From a virus, in the IMG/VR virus record IMGVR_UViG_3300013006_000023, positions 1 through 64,000 of that record: a DNA stretch of 64,000 bases, one strand, 5' to 3'. Shown here piece by piece: positions 19,142 to 28,268 of this stretch. The notes below the pieces were generated by a model, which did not search any database, was not told the origin of the DNA, and saw only the letters and a list, made by a program, of their open reading frames with translations. The position numbers and the translations under genes are program-made. Within the stretch, counting starts at the first letter, position 1, and each line of letters begins with the position of its first letter.

Positions 19142-19868
19142 AAATTTTTACCTCACTATATTTTGCAATTTCGCTTTGATATGTTTCTTCGATATGCTTG
19201 CCGTAAAGATAGAGATTTTGGTTATCGTGCGTTGCATCTTCATTTATGTCAATGTTACCATCTGGCATATTTTTATTAAACTTTAAAGTTCTCCACGACA
19301 TACCTTCATAATGTCTGTAGTAATCATTATTTAAATTTACATCTCCTATCTTGAGCTTGTTCTTATGTATATCTTCAAAAAACATTGACCCTATATCATA
19401 ACCAACATCATGAACAACACTCTGCCTTTCTTTATCATAAAATTTAATCTTGTTTTTCCTTATATTTTCAACATTAATAAAGCAATGCCAAGGGTGTACT
19501 CTTTTGTGCAGCTTTTTGCCTCCCCTATCGCCGCATATTTCACCCAACAGAGTTAAATTATTTTCTTTAAATTGTTCAAAAATATCTTGGTGATTCTTAA
19601 GAAAAATTATGTCTGTATCAACTAAGAGCGCATATTCTGTTTTACAGTTTTCCAATAAAAGATTAACTGCTGGCCCGTGTAACATTTTTTTATTTCTTAG
19701 GAAATTAATATTATTCTCTTTTAAAATTTTTACTGTAGAGTCATTTGTTGAATTCTCACTTATTAAAACCTTTACTTGATAGGGGTGATGAAAGAAGAAA
19801 GATTGCAGCATTGTCTTGGTGACTTCAGGAGTGTTGTATGAAGCAGAGAGTAAGGTTAAATCCTTCAT
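19131..19868 (-). CDS. GT2-family glycosyltransferase
   Basis: SASYNTP, ISENSTND, HGPAVN, LLVDTDI. Confidence 0.75.
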   Translation of the reverse strand: MKDLTLLSASYNTPEVTKTMLQSFFFHHPYQVKVLISENSTNDSTVKILKENNINFLRNKKMLHGPAVNLLLENCKTEYALLVDTDIIFLKNHQDIFEQFKENNLTLLGEICGDRGGKKLHKRVHPWHCFINVENIRKNKIKFYDKERQSVVHDVGYDIGSMFFEDIHKNKLKIGDVNLNNDYYRHYEGMSWRTLKFNKNMPDGNIDINEDATHDNQNLYLYGKHIEETYQSEIAKYSEVKIYAG

Positions 19869-20704
19869 TTTTTTATTTTCTTGAGAAACGCTACCACTTC
19901 TTCTTGTGATTTTTGTGGGGCTGTATTTGGATATATGCCGTGTTTCTTTAGGTATTTCTCTCGACCTTCATGTATGTTCTTATACCAGTCTTCTGATTTG
20001 GATATTGAGCTTTTTGTAATTGCTTCTTGCTGCACAGAGAGGTATTTCTCGCTGTCTCCTATGTCTGCAAACCACCAGAACGGTGGGTGCAGTTCGTGCT
20101 GAATAATTCTATACGTATGGTCCACATGATCCCATGCATTGTAGAATTGTTCGTCAAATAGCCCAACCTTGTCAAGTGAATTTTTAGTAAAAAAAGAAAA
20201 GAGACCTGCAATGTGTTCATACAGGCTAACTGATGTGTTTTTGTATTGCACAGTGAGCTTGGGATTCGGTATACTGTTATTTTCAAGTAAGTGCCTGTTG
20301 TGAAGATCAAAATTTGTATTTTGTTTGCGGTTAAATGGAGTGCCTGGGCCATAGTTGAAATGCTCTATGCCTGTATTTTTGTATGCATCAATATAGACTT
20401 TAAAAACATCTGAGCTCTTGATCTCAATGTCATCTTCTATTATGAATACATAATCACATTTTTTTTCAGTCAAGTATGAAAGAATTTTATTTTTCGATGC
20501 ACCTACACCAACGTTTTTTTCGTTATGAACATAGTGAACTTTCTTAATTGCATTAAGTTTTTGCCAGTCATCAAAATTGCTCCCATCGTTAACTACAATA
20601 AACTCATCAAGTTCAGCATTTTTTAACGATTTGAAGCACTTGATAAAAAATTCTGGTCTATTGCATGTGACAATACCCACACCTATTTTTTCGTTATTAT
20701 ACAT
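19865..20704 (-). CDS. GT2-family glycosyltransferase
   Basis: GIVTCNRP, VVNDGS, NVGVGASKN, IIEDDI, VGLFDEQF. Confidence 0.85.
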   Translation of the reverse strand: MYNNEKIGVGIVTCNRPEFFIKCFKSLKNAELDEFIVVNDGSNFDDWQKLNAIKKVHYVHNEKNVGVGASKNKILSYLTEKKCDYVFIIEDDIEIKSSDVFKVYIDAYKNTGIEHFNYGPGTPFNRKQNTNFDLHNRHLLENNSIPNPKLTVQYKNTSVSLYEHIAGLFSFFTKNSLDKVGLFDEQFYNAWDHVDHTYRIIQHELHPPFWWFADIGDSEKYLSVQQEAITKSSISKSEDWYKNIHEGREKYLKKHGIYPNTAPQKSQEEVVAFLKKIKK

Positions 20705-20735
20705 TGATTAGTATATTTTAATATAAATATATGGG

Positions 20736-21497
20736 ATGGCAATTGACACAACAAATTCAAATTCTGTGAATATTAGCAATCTGCCTAAAGCGCAAATTGC
20801 TGTCGATAGTGATATGCTTATTTTGCAAACTCAAAATGGTACACAGACTATAACATTTAGCGATTTTAATGTTGTAAAGACAGATGCAGCTGGTAATGCC
20901 ACAGTAATAGGAGATTTATCCGGGAATACAAGTGTTCTTAACAACGGTCTATTTAAAAATGCTCTGAGTGCAGCTTCATATTATTCAAATAACATACCAG
21001 GCACTAACAACAGTTTTGGATTCTATAATGTTTTCACCGTTTCCAATGGCTTGATAACAAGTGCTTCTTACAGAATCGGTTCAAATGAATACAATAATAT
21101 TGTTAATACTGTGATACCTGCAGTCACTGCCAATCAAACCAAAGTATACAAGTATGTTGCTTATGCAGATAATGAAACAAGTCCTATTGCTGTTCCGCCT
21201 GGTTTCAGAAGAGCACCTACAGATTTTATTATATCAAACTTCTTTGTAACTAACCCGGGCGTGGTGCTAACACCTACAGTGGGTTCAGATAATCCTATTA
21301 AGGCATGGCATTTTAATCTACACACAAATTTTGGCAGTTCTGGTAATTTCAGATTGTCATCTTATCCATTCGTTACCAATCTTGTTCGCAATGGTCCGGA
21401 TTTGAAGTTAAATGTGGATATTGGATACACTAACCCGTCCAGCTCTGATATTAACTTTTACTTTAGCTTGGTTTACCCGTACGTTCCAGTTAATTAA
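20736..21497 (+). CDS. putative virion structural (tail/fibre-associated) protein
   Basis: N-terminal VNISNLP motif typical of fibre proteins, N/S/T-rich; TATAAATA 6 nt upstream. Confidence 0.55.
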   Translation: MAIDTTNSNSVNISNLPKAQIAVDSDMLILQTQNGTQTITFSDFNVVKTDAAGNATVIGDLSGNTSVLNNGLFKNALSAASYYSNNIPGTNNSFGFYNVFTVSNGLITSASYRIGSNEYNNIVNTVIPAVTANQTKVYKYVAYADNETSPIAVPPGFRRAPTDFIISNFFVTNPGVVLTPTVGSDNPIKAWHFNLHTNFGSSGNFRLSSYPFVTNLVRNGPDLKLNVDIGYTNPSSSDINFYFSLVYPYVPVN

Positions 21498-21709
21498 CCA
21501 AGAGCGTGAAACATTAAAGCTTTGCTCAATCTAATCAATGTCTTGCGAGGTTCATGACCTTCATCAATTAATCTCTTGTATTCTGTTTTAAAAGATTTTA
21601 CAAAATTTTCTGATAACTTAAAATTTCTTGGATAAAAATCTCTCTTAACTGTTCTAATTGATTTGAAACTTTCCAAAAGCTGATCATACTCTTCATTAAA
21701 ATTCTTCAT
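21494..21709 (-). CDS. small putative internal head protein
   Basis: Leader MKNFNEEYDQLLE; TAAATA 5 nt upstream. Confidence 0.55.
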   Translation of the reverse strand: MKNFNEEYDQLLESFKSIRTVKRDFYPRNFKLSENFVKSFKTEYKRLIDEGHEPRKTLIRLSKALMFHALG

Positions 21710-21713
21710 ATCA

Positions 21714-22454
21714 TTATTTATTGCCAGTTATGATTCTATTCTTAATATTTTGCTCATATTTCTCATCATACATAATGTCCTTCTGTGTTTTGAGCAGTCT
21801 CTCCATGGTTTCAATGTTACTAGTATTAAGAACACTCTCATCACTATCCACTACACCGCCTTTTTCATTTACGTACAATTTTATCATTTCAACGCGTTGT
21901 TCAGGTGTACCAAATATTTCAATGATTGGAGGTCTATCATCTTTTGCCATGAAGGGACAAACGCCTGTGGAAGCCATTGTATGGCTGATGGCTTTGAATA
22001 TATTATCAATTTCCTTTATGAAAGTCTCATCAATTTCACGATCAGCTCTTTCGACCAACTTCACAGGTGCAACTTTAGTTATGGGCAGAAAGAATACTAT
22101 GTCAATGCTCTTCATGCTCTCCTGTATTAGAGGTATGCATTTCTTTAGAAAGTCATGATCAATGTCTGAGGTTTTTTTATCTTCAGCCCAAATAGAATAA
22201 ATCAAATTATCTAACGGGCATCTGTCAAAAATTACATTATCGCTTTTTTCTGTTTTCTGCAAATCGTCAATTAAGCAATTCAAGATCTTCCACTGACCAT
22301 GTTGATCAACAGCTTTGTTAATGTTGAGTTTTTCTTCCTTAATCACTGCACGATAAGATTCATTTGACCTCTTGTACATGGGCCAATTTTTAAGAAAATC
22401 GTCCACAAGAGTCGATTTGCCCTGACATGCTGTTCCTGATATTGTGATTCTCAT
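21714..22454 (-). CDS. AAA_28/NadR-type P-loop nucleotide kinase
   Basis: ISGTACQGKSTL, IFDRCPLD, DIVFFLP. Confidence 0.7.
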   Translation of the reverse strand: MRITISGTACQGKSTLVDDFLKNWPMYKRSNESYRAVIKEEKLNINKAVDQHGQWKILNCLIDDLQKTEKSDNVIFDRCPLDNLIYSIWAEDKKTSDIDHDFLKKCIPLIQESMKSIDIVFFLPITKVAPVKLVERADREIDETFIKEIDNIFKAISHTMASTGVCPFMAKDDRPPIIEIFGTPEQRVEMIKLYVNEKGGVVDSDESVLNTSNIETMERLLKTQKDIMYDEKYEQNIKNRIITGNK

Positions 22455-22618
22455 TTCTTAAGTTTATTTATAAAACTACCCACAATAATATACACCTTTT
22501 CAACATCCAACCCTTTGCCATCAGTAAGTTCATTTATCCATTGCTCGACAGTAAACTTGTCTGTCATTTCTGATTCTTTCTGTTTCTCTGGACCATTGAC
22601 AAATTCTGTAAACTTCAT
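22451..22618 (-). CDS. hypothetical protein
   Basis: ATGA-coupled to queE and to the kinase; the likely start is MKFTEFVN at 22618. Confidence 0.5.
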   Translation of the reverse strand: MKFTEFVNGPEKQKESEMTDKFTVEQWINELTDGKGLDVEKVYIIVGSFINKLKK

Positions 22619-23367
22619 ACCTTTAAAGCTTTGTCCCAAATTACAAGCTGTAGTCGCGGACTGAAATTAAAATTATACTTCTTGCAAAGATCAGCAACAA
22701 CATGAGCTTTTTCTGAATGCTCAGCTCTGCTACCACAACAAGGCATCAACCAAATACGATCAGTAGGCACTTTGCATTCATAAACATACTTTTCTAATAT
22801 TTCTCTGACTTCCGGCTCACCACTAACAACAAACTTAAACCCTGATCGGTTTTTAGCATGCCATTTCAATACTTCAGGTTTATATCTCTTTTCAACAGGA
22901 TCGCCATTGTTACTTAGCTTTGGTGATGTTGTGAATGTAGCCTTCCAATCAAGCCATTGCTGATCAGGCATGATGGTTGCATTGGTTTCAAAATCAATCT
23001 TCGGTATATAACCAAATCTAAAAATATATTGGTCGACAAGCTCCAGTAACACTTTTTGTTGTATAAGAGGCTCACCACCTGTAATTTTCCAGATTGCACC
23101 ATCGCGCAAGCGACACTGATATCCATTTTGTGTTATGAAGTCAAAGACTTCATTATATGTCATTCTATTTTTCACAGTCCAGCTAACAAAGCTATCACAA
23201 CCATTAGGTGAATCAGCAGATGCGAATCCTTTGCAAGTAAGATTGCACATGGATAAGCGCATAAACACAGAAGGCCGACCCACATACTCACCTTCACCTT
23301 CAATTGTATAGAAGATTTTATCATCACTCAGAAAGATGGTTGGACTGCTCGGTGGTGCTTTTTCCAT
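22615..23367 (-). CDS. queE: 7-carboxy-7-deazaguanine synthase (radical SAM)
   Basis: FYTIEGEG..VGRPSVFMRL, CNLTC...CDS, ITGGEP, FETN, TSPKL, FSPRLQ. Start set at ATG 23367, 6 nt after a TATAAT box. Confidence 0.9.
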   Translation of the reverse strand: MEKAPPSSPTIFLSDDKIFYTIEGEGEYVGRPSVFMRLSMCNLTCKGFASADSPNGCDSFVSWTVKNRMTYNEVFDFITQNGYQCRLRDGAIWKITGGEPLIQQKVLLELVDQYIFRFGYIPKIDFETNATIMPDQQWLDWKATFTTSPKLSNNGDPVEKRYKPEVLKWHAKNRSGFKFVVSGEPEVREILEKYVYECKVPTDRIWLMPCCGSRAEHSEKAHVVADLCKKYNFNFSPRLQLVIWDKALKV

Positions 23368-23374
23368 AAGATGA

Positions 23375-24331
23375 TTATAAACTATTTTTATAGAAATCAA
23401 TAGTCTTTTCTAAGCCCATGTCAAAATCTGTACTGGGTGACCAGCCTAACATTTGTTCTATCTTATTGCTATCAATAAAATATTTAAAATCATGTCCTTT
23501 TCTGTCTTCAACAAAACAAATTAAGGATTCATCTTTCTTGAGTATGCTTAAAACCTTTTTTACCATGGATATATTGCTAATGGTATTTGCTGTGCCAATG
23601 TTGTATGTGTTACCAGGTAGGCCTTGCTGCATCACTTTGACAATTGCTTCACAGTGATCTTTAACATATATCCATTCCCTGACATTATCACCTTCACCAT
23701 AAACAGGTATTGCATGATTTGCAAGTGCATTAATTATGACTTTGGGTAGTAATTTTTCCTTGTTCTGTCTTTCGCCATAATTATTACAGCATCTGGTTGT
23801 GCAGGTATTAAGTTTATATGTTTTAAAATAACTATTCACCAGGAGGTCTGAAGATGCTTTTGTTGACGAATATACAGAACTTGGATTAAGAATATCTGTC
23901 TCTTTGAATCCAGCATTGTTGAGTTCATTTTTTTCAATTGCACCATACACTTCATCAGTACTCACATGCACAAATTTCTTAACACCCTTGTGCCTAGCAA
24001 GCTCTAACATATTAAACGTACCCAGAACATTGGTTAGAACAAAGATCTCAGGTCTATTAATACTATTATCAACATGTGATTCAGCTGCTAAGTGAATCAC
24101 GTAATCAATGTCATTGAGGTATGGTGTTATGCATTTGGTTTGTTCATTGTTGGATATATCCACCTTGTGGAAGAACACTCTTTTGTCATGACTCATTTTA
24201 TTCTTGAAAATGAGGTCTGCAGCATAGGTCTCATTATCTAAGCAATGTATATTTGCATCTGTTCTTTGCAAAAGAACTTCAATCAAGTGTGAACCAATGA
24301 ATCCTAAGCCTCCAGTAACAATAATATTCAC
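23375..24331 (-). CDS. rmlB: dTDP/UDP-glucose 4,6-dehydratase
   Basis: VTGGLGFIGS, HLAAESHVDNSI, STDEVYG, YSSTK, NNYG, EDRKGHD. Confidence 0.92.
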   Translation of the reverse strand: MNIIVTGGLGFIGSHLIEVLLQRTDANIHCLDNETYAADLIFKNKMSHDKRVFFHKVDISNNEQTKCITPYLNDIDYVIHLAAESHVDNSINRPEIFVLTNVLGTFNMLELARHKGVKKFVHVSTDEVYGAIEKNELNNAGFKETDILNPSSVYSSTKASSDLLVNSYFKTYKLNTCTTRCCNNYGERQNKEKLLPKVIINALANHAIPVYGEGDNVREWIYVKDHCEAIVKVMQQGLPGNTYNIGTANTISNISMVKKVLSILKKDESLICFVEDRKGHDFKYFIDSNKIEQMLGWSPSTDFDMGLEKTIDFYKNSL

Positions 24332-24383
24332 TTATTATTAATTTAAATGACAAAAGAAGTTTATCAAGAATAAATACTTATAG

Positions 24384-25127
24384 ATGTCGAAAAAAGACAG
24401 ACAGCTTAAAAAAGCTGCCAAAGCTAAAGATGAGAATGGTATTATAAGAAACGATATTTTTCTCAACTTTAAAATTGACCAAAAATTTCATTTAAATGAT
24501 CATCACAAAGCTTTTGTTGAAAAAGCTACAGATGAAACATCACAAATTTTATTTTGTGATGGCCCAGCTGGATCATCCAAAACTTACCTGGCTGTATATG
24601 TGGCATTGACCATGCTTAGAGATAAGAAAATTGATGAAATTGTGTACATAAGAAGCATTGTTGAATCAGCAACCAGAAAGCTTGGAAGTCTTCCAGGTGA
24701 AGTGGATGAGAAGTTTAAACCATGGAGCATCCCTCTCATAGAAAAATGTGATGAGTTGGTAGGAAAGCAAATAACAGAAATGTTGTTTCAAAGTGATTAT
24801 TTGAAAAGCATACCAGTTAATTTCCTGCGAGGTGCAACATTTACTAACAATGTTGTAATTGTTGATGAGGCACAAAACCTTGAGCACAGTGAGCTTGTAA
24901 CAATATTGACAAGATTTGGCAAGAATTGCAAACTATTCGTCATTGGTGATTCTCTGCAATCTGACATTCAAAAATCAGGTTTTGCAAACATAATGAAAGC
25001 TTTTGATACTGATCAAAGTCATGATAACGGTATTCATGCTTTTCACTTTACTGAAGAAGATATAACAAGAAGTAAGTTACTTAAATATATTGTTAAGGTG
25101 ATAGCAACAATAAAAGCTAAACTTTAA
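24384..25127 (+). CDS. phoH: PhoH-family ATPase
   Basis: GPAGSSKT, LGSLPG, FLRGATF, VDEAQN, TRFG, GDSLQSD. Confidence 0.92.
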   Translation: MSKKDRQLKKAAKAKDENGIIRNDIFLNFKIDQKFHLNDHHKAFVEKATDETSQILFCDGPAGSSKTYLAVYVALTMLRDKKIDEIVYIRSIVESATRKLGSLPGEVDEKFKPWSIPLIEKCDELVGKQITEMLFQSDYLKSIPVNFLRGATFTNNVVIVDEAQNLEHSELVTILTRFGKNCKLFVIGDSLQSDIQKSGFANIMKAFDTDQSHDNGIHAFHFTEEDITRSKLLKYIVKVIATIKAKL

Positions 25128-25820
25128 TTACACACCCCAAGAAGTTCCACCAAAAAGATTGCCATAACCTGTAGAAACATTTGATCTGCCCACATTTGCA
25201 GGTCTGGGTTGACCAGGCGCCCCACCAGCTGGAGGTGGGTTCTTGATCACATTAGTTAAATCGACGCCGGTTGTTTCTTTGACTTGTTCTAAAAAGTCTA
25301 TAGATTGGTTGACTTGTGGTATGTGGACTGGCACATTGTTAATTTCAACTGTATTGTTGTTTTGTTTTGTAACGTTATCATTTGCAAAGCAAACAATTGC
25401 AGAATTTTTATCATGTTCCCACACTTCAACCTTGTCCACCCAGCATCTGTTGTTAGTAATGCCTCTCACATGTCCATCAGCCACATCAAAACACCATTCG
25501 GCCGTCCTTTCAATACCTACACCTTTGGTCATTACGCGTAAATCTGCAGCACCACTGGCATGTAATTGTTCAAATAGAGGCAGCAATGGATCATCACCTG
25601 AAATGCATAAGGTATGGTCAAATTGCTTTTCAAAAACAGCCTTTAATTCCTTTAGTCCACCAAAGTCTACTACCCAATTCTTATCATCTAATGCATTGCA
25701 ACCAAACCAAAGCTTTGCAACTAACCTGTATCCATGTACAAATTTGCAATGACTACTAGCTCTCCATTGTCTAAATGCACAACTTCCAAGTTCAAAAATC
25801 TTAGTAGATGAAAAATTCAT
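25128..25820 (-). CDS. queD: 6-carboxy-5,6,7,8-tetrahydropterin synthase with C-terminal extension
   Basis: HCKFVHGY, WVVDFGGLK, FDHT, VWEHDKNSA. Confidence 0.88.
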   Translation of the reverse strand: MNFSSTKIFELGSCAFRQWRASSHCKFVHGYRLVAKLWFGCNALDDKNWVVDFGGLKELKAVFEKQFDHTLCISGDDPLLPLFEQLHASGAADLRVMTKGVGIERTAEWCFDVADGHVRGITNNRCWVDKVEVWEHDKNSAIVCFANDNVTKQNNNTVEINNVPVHIPQVNQSIDFLEQVKETTGVDLTNVIKNPPPAGGAPGQPRPANVGRSNVSTGYGNLFGGTSWGV

Positions 25821-25878
25821 TATTCGTCTTTAACAATATCTCTTAATATTATAAGAGCTTTTTTTTAGAAATCAACTA

Positions 25879-26049
25879 TTATTTTATCGATGCCTGTATA
25901 TTATTTTCCTTGAGGTATGATTCTGCCTCATCTACTGTCTTAAAAGTTACAGGCTTGCCGTTATTGCAAACAATTTCACCTGTTGCATCATTGATGCAGA
26001 TAAAACCGGCCTTGACTAAGCGTGGTTGTGGTTTGCTCTCCATTGACAT
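25879..26049 (-). CDS. small hypothetical protein (56 aa, below the ORF-track cutoff)
   Basis: MSMESKPQPRLVKAGFICINDATGEIVCNNGKPVTFKTVDEAESYLKENNIQASIK*; fills the gap in the local gene orientation. Confidence 0.6.
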   Translation of the reverse strand: MSMESKPQPRLVKAGFICINDATGEIVCNNGKPVTFKTVDEAESYLKENNIQASIK

Positions 26050-26052
26050 ATA

Positions 26053-26667
26053 TTATATTTTATTCGCAGGCATTACAGTTAAAGCACCTTTAACATTGTC
26101 CACCACTCTGTAAGGCTGTAATGCACCACCATATTTACTTCTTATTGAGAACACGTCACCTCGCACCAGCTTATCCGGTTGTTTGTTTGACTTGTATATG
26201 CTTGGATTTTGCATGAAATAATCAACATCAAACATCTGCGCATTTTTTTGAAAATCACTTGTACCATAAAGCCTCTTCATTTGATCCTTCTGCAATTGTG
26301 TATCAACGGAGCTCTTTGCACCCTGTATTCCTTTTGAGATACCTCTCTCTGCACCAGCTAAAGCTTTTTGCGCTCCACCTAATACAGGGTTCGTTATATT
26401 TGATATATCACCGCTTGAATTTGGTCCGTAAACTATTCCTTGTCTCAAGGCATTTACAGCTGCACCCGGCGCGCCAATTGCCCCTTTGAGTCCTCCAGCT
26501 ACTGCACCTGCACCCTTAAGATATGTTCTCGGATCAATTGCTTTTTTAGCTAGATAGCCTGCACCTTTGAATGGCGCTTTAATAGCTGTTTTAGCTGCAG
26601 CTTTAATATAATCACTCATGGCTTCGGCAATAATTCTATCCACTGCTTCATCAAACTTAAGATTCAT
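26053..26667 (-). CDS. putative internal head protein (Gly/Ala-rich, basic)
   Basis: Leader MNLKFDEAVDRIIAE followed by amphipathic G/A/K helices. Confidence 0.55.
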   Translation of the reverse strand: MNLKFDEAVDRIIAEAMSDYIKAAAKTAIKAPFKGAGYLAKKAIDPRTYLKGAGAVAGGLKGAIGAPGAAVNALRQGIVYGPNSSGDISNITNPVLGGAQKALAGAERGISKGIQGAKSSVDTQLQKDQMKRLYGTSDFQKNAQMFDVDYFMQNPSIYKSNKQPDKLVRGDVFSIRSKYGGALQPYRVVDNVKGALTVMPANKI

Positions 26668-27091
26668 CTAGTATATAACTCCTATAAATTTCATTTATTC
26701 CTTCTGCATCATAACCATTTTGCTTTAAAAAGACTTCAATATCATCAAGCTCAGAGCAATTATTTATATTCTGAATCAAAGGATCACCCTCTTTCTTTCC
26801 ACACTTAATTAATTGCTCAATAATAAAAGCTTTCAAATCATCAACACAATTGTAGGATTCATCATTAGCAATATATTCAATTAAATCTGGTGTCACGTCT
26901 TCAACGGACATCTCTGGTTCTAGAACCAGAATCTTAATTGTTTTAATTCCTTCCATCAATATATACCCTTCATAACTTGTGCATTTTGTGAAATCGCTCT
27001 GACCGCCTGTTTGGCCTGGATCCACCTTAACTCTAACCCTGCGGAGAGATGTATTTTTAATATTCTCCTCCAAGATGTGCCTAAATCTCAT
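26657..27091 (-). CDS. putative internal head protein
   Basis: Leader MRFRHILEE; TAAATA 5 nt upstream. Confidence 0.55.
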   Translation of the reverse strand: MRFRHILEENIKNTSLRRVRVKVDPGQTGGQSDFTKCTSYEGYILMEGIKTIKILVLEPEMSVEDVTPDLIEYIANDESYNCVDDLKAFIIEQLIKCGKKEGDPLIQNINNCSELDDIEVFLKQNGYDAEGINEIYRSYILDES

Positions 27092-27104
27092 ATAGATATT
27101 TATG

Positions 27105-27132
27105 TTGAAATGAACATATCTTAATATATAAT
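27105..27132 (+). promoter_or_regulatory. sigma70-type promoter for folE
   Basis: TTGAAA-16 nt-TATAAT-6 nt-ATG. Confidence 0.75.
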
Positions 27133-27138
27133 TCTCTT

Positions 27139-27798
27139 ATGTTAAAGAATAAACGTAATTTACCGTATGCCAATCATAACCAGCCTGTAACTGAAGAAGA
27201 GAAGAAAGACATTATTGATAGAGCTGCCAAAGCATATGAAGCATACATGGATGCATTGGGGTATGACTGGAGAAATGATCCTAACAGCAACAATACACCA
27301 CATCGCGTGGCAAAAGCTTTTGTTGAGGATTTTGCATGGGGGTGTTACAGCCTGCCACCCAAAATCACAGCTTTTGATAATGTAGACAAATATGATGGCA
27401 TAGTTGCACAAACAAACATCAAGGTCACTTCATTATGCTCACATCATCATGCACCATTTACCGGGTTTGCTCATGTTGCCTATATACCCTCTAAATCTGG
27501 CAAGGTCATTGGGTTAAGCAAATTGAATCGCGTGGTTGATTGGTTTTCACGCAGACCACAAGTACAAGAGAATCTCACAATGCAAATTCATGATTATATC
27601 AACATTATTTGCGAGAAGAATAACGGTGTTGCAGTAATGATTGAGGCAGGCCATACTTGTTGCGCAAACCGTGGCATAAGACATGATTCAACAATGAGAA
27701 CTGCCAGAATGTCTGGCACGTTTTTGGATAACAAGGATAACTCTCGCGCTGAATTCTACAAGTTTGTCGAATTTGCTCAGAACAGAAAACTCACGTAA
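27139..27798 (+). CDS. folE: GTP cyclohydrolase I
   Basis: TPHRVAK, SLCSHHHAPF, GLSKLNR, RRPQVQE, HTCCANRG. Confidence 0.95.
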   Translation: MLKNKRNLPYANHNQPVTEEEKKDIIDRAAKAYEAYMDALGYDWRNDPNSNNTPHRVAKAFVEDFAWGCYSLPPKITAFDNVDKYDGIVAQTNIKVTSLCSHHHAPFTGFAHVAYIPSKSGKVIGLSKLNRVVDWFSRRPQVQENLTMQIHDYINIICEKNNGVAVMIEAGHTCCANRGIRHDSTMRTARMSGTFLDNKDNSRAEFYKFVEFAQNRKLT

Positions 27799-28200
27799 TC
27801 ATTGCTTGTTCACATCAATCACTGCATTCAATTGTTTCAGAAAAGGTTCACCCACAAGTATTGGATCTTCATTTTCTGATCGATCTGCTATGCTGAACGG
27901 TATATTCTTATAATCTTTACCATTTATTCTTATGTTAAGATTCACAATGGGTCTGTCTTCCTTTACACCGCTGCCAATGTGTATCTTTATATCACCACTC
28001 TTTGGTGCTTGGAATTTCTTATTCCCAACTGTTGTAAATGATACAGTCTCACCCTCTTCCGATACATCCACACCATGCAGAACATTGTATGCCTCATTAC
28101 CACTATCAATTTTTGCTTTAATCTTGCCAAGCCCTTCAACGTCAATATATTCATTAACACCCAATATAACCTTATTATAATATTCTTTGAAATTATCCAT
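27799..28200 (-). CDS. retropepsin-like aspartic peptidase (RimK-associated family)
   Basis: KAKIDSGN catalytic motif, EDRP, FSIADRS, ILVG. Confidence 0.75.
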   Translation of the reverse strand: MDNFKEYYNKVILGVNEYIDVEGLGKIKAKIDSGNEAYNVLHGVDVSEEGETVSFTTVGNKKFQAPKSGDIKIHIGSGVKEDRPIVNLNIRINGKDYKNIPFSIADRSENEDPILVGEPFLKQLNAVIDVNKQ

Positions 28201-28268
28201 ATCTTTTGCCTGTGGCTTATTCTAATATATTTATTGGTTGCAGTGACATAAAAAGATTAAATAATTAC

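Noticed and set aside
28206-28268. ORF-track upstream extensions (28206, 55272, 23400, 35737, 53212)
   Set aside because: They run through promoter boxes or overlap neighbouring genes; downstream starts fit the 5-6 nt promoter spacing or the gene packing better.
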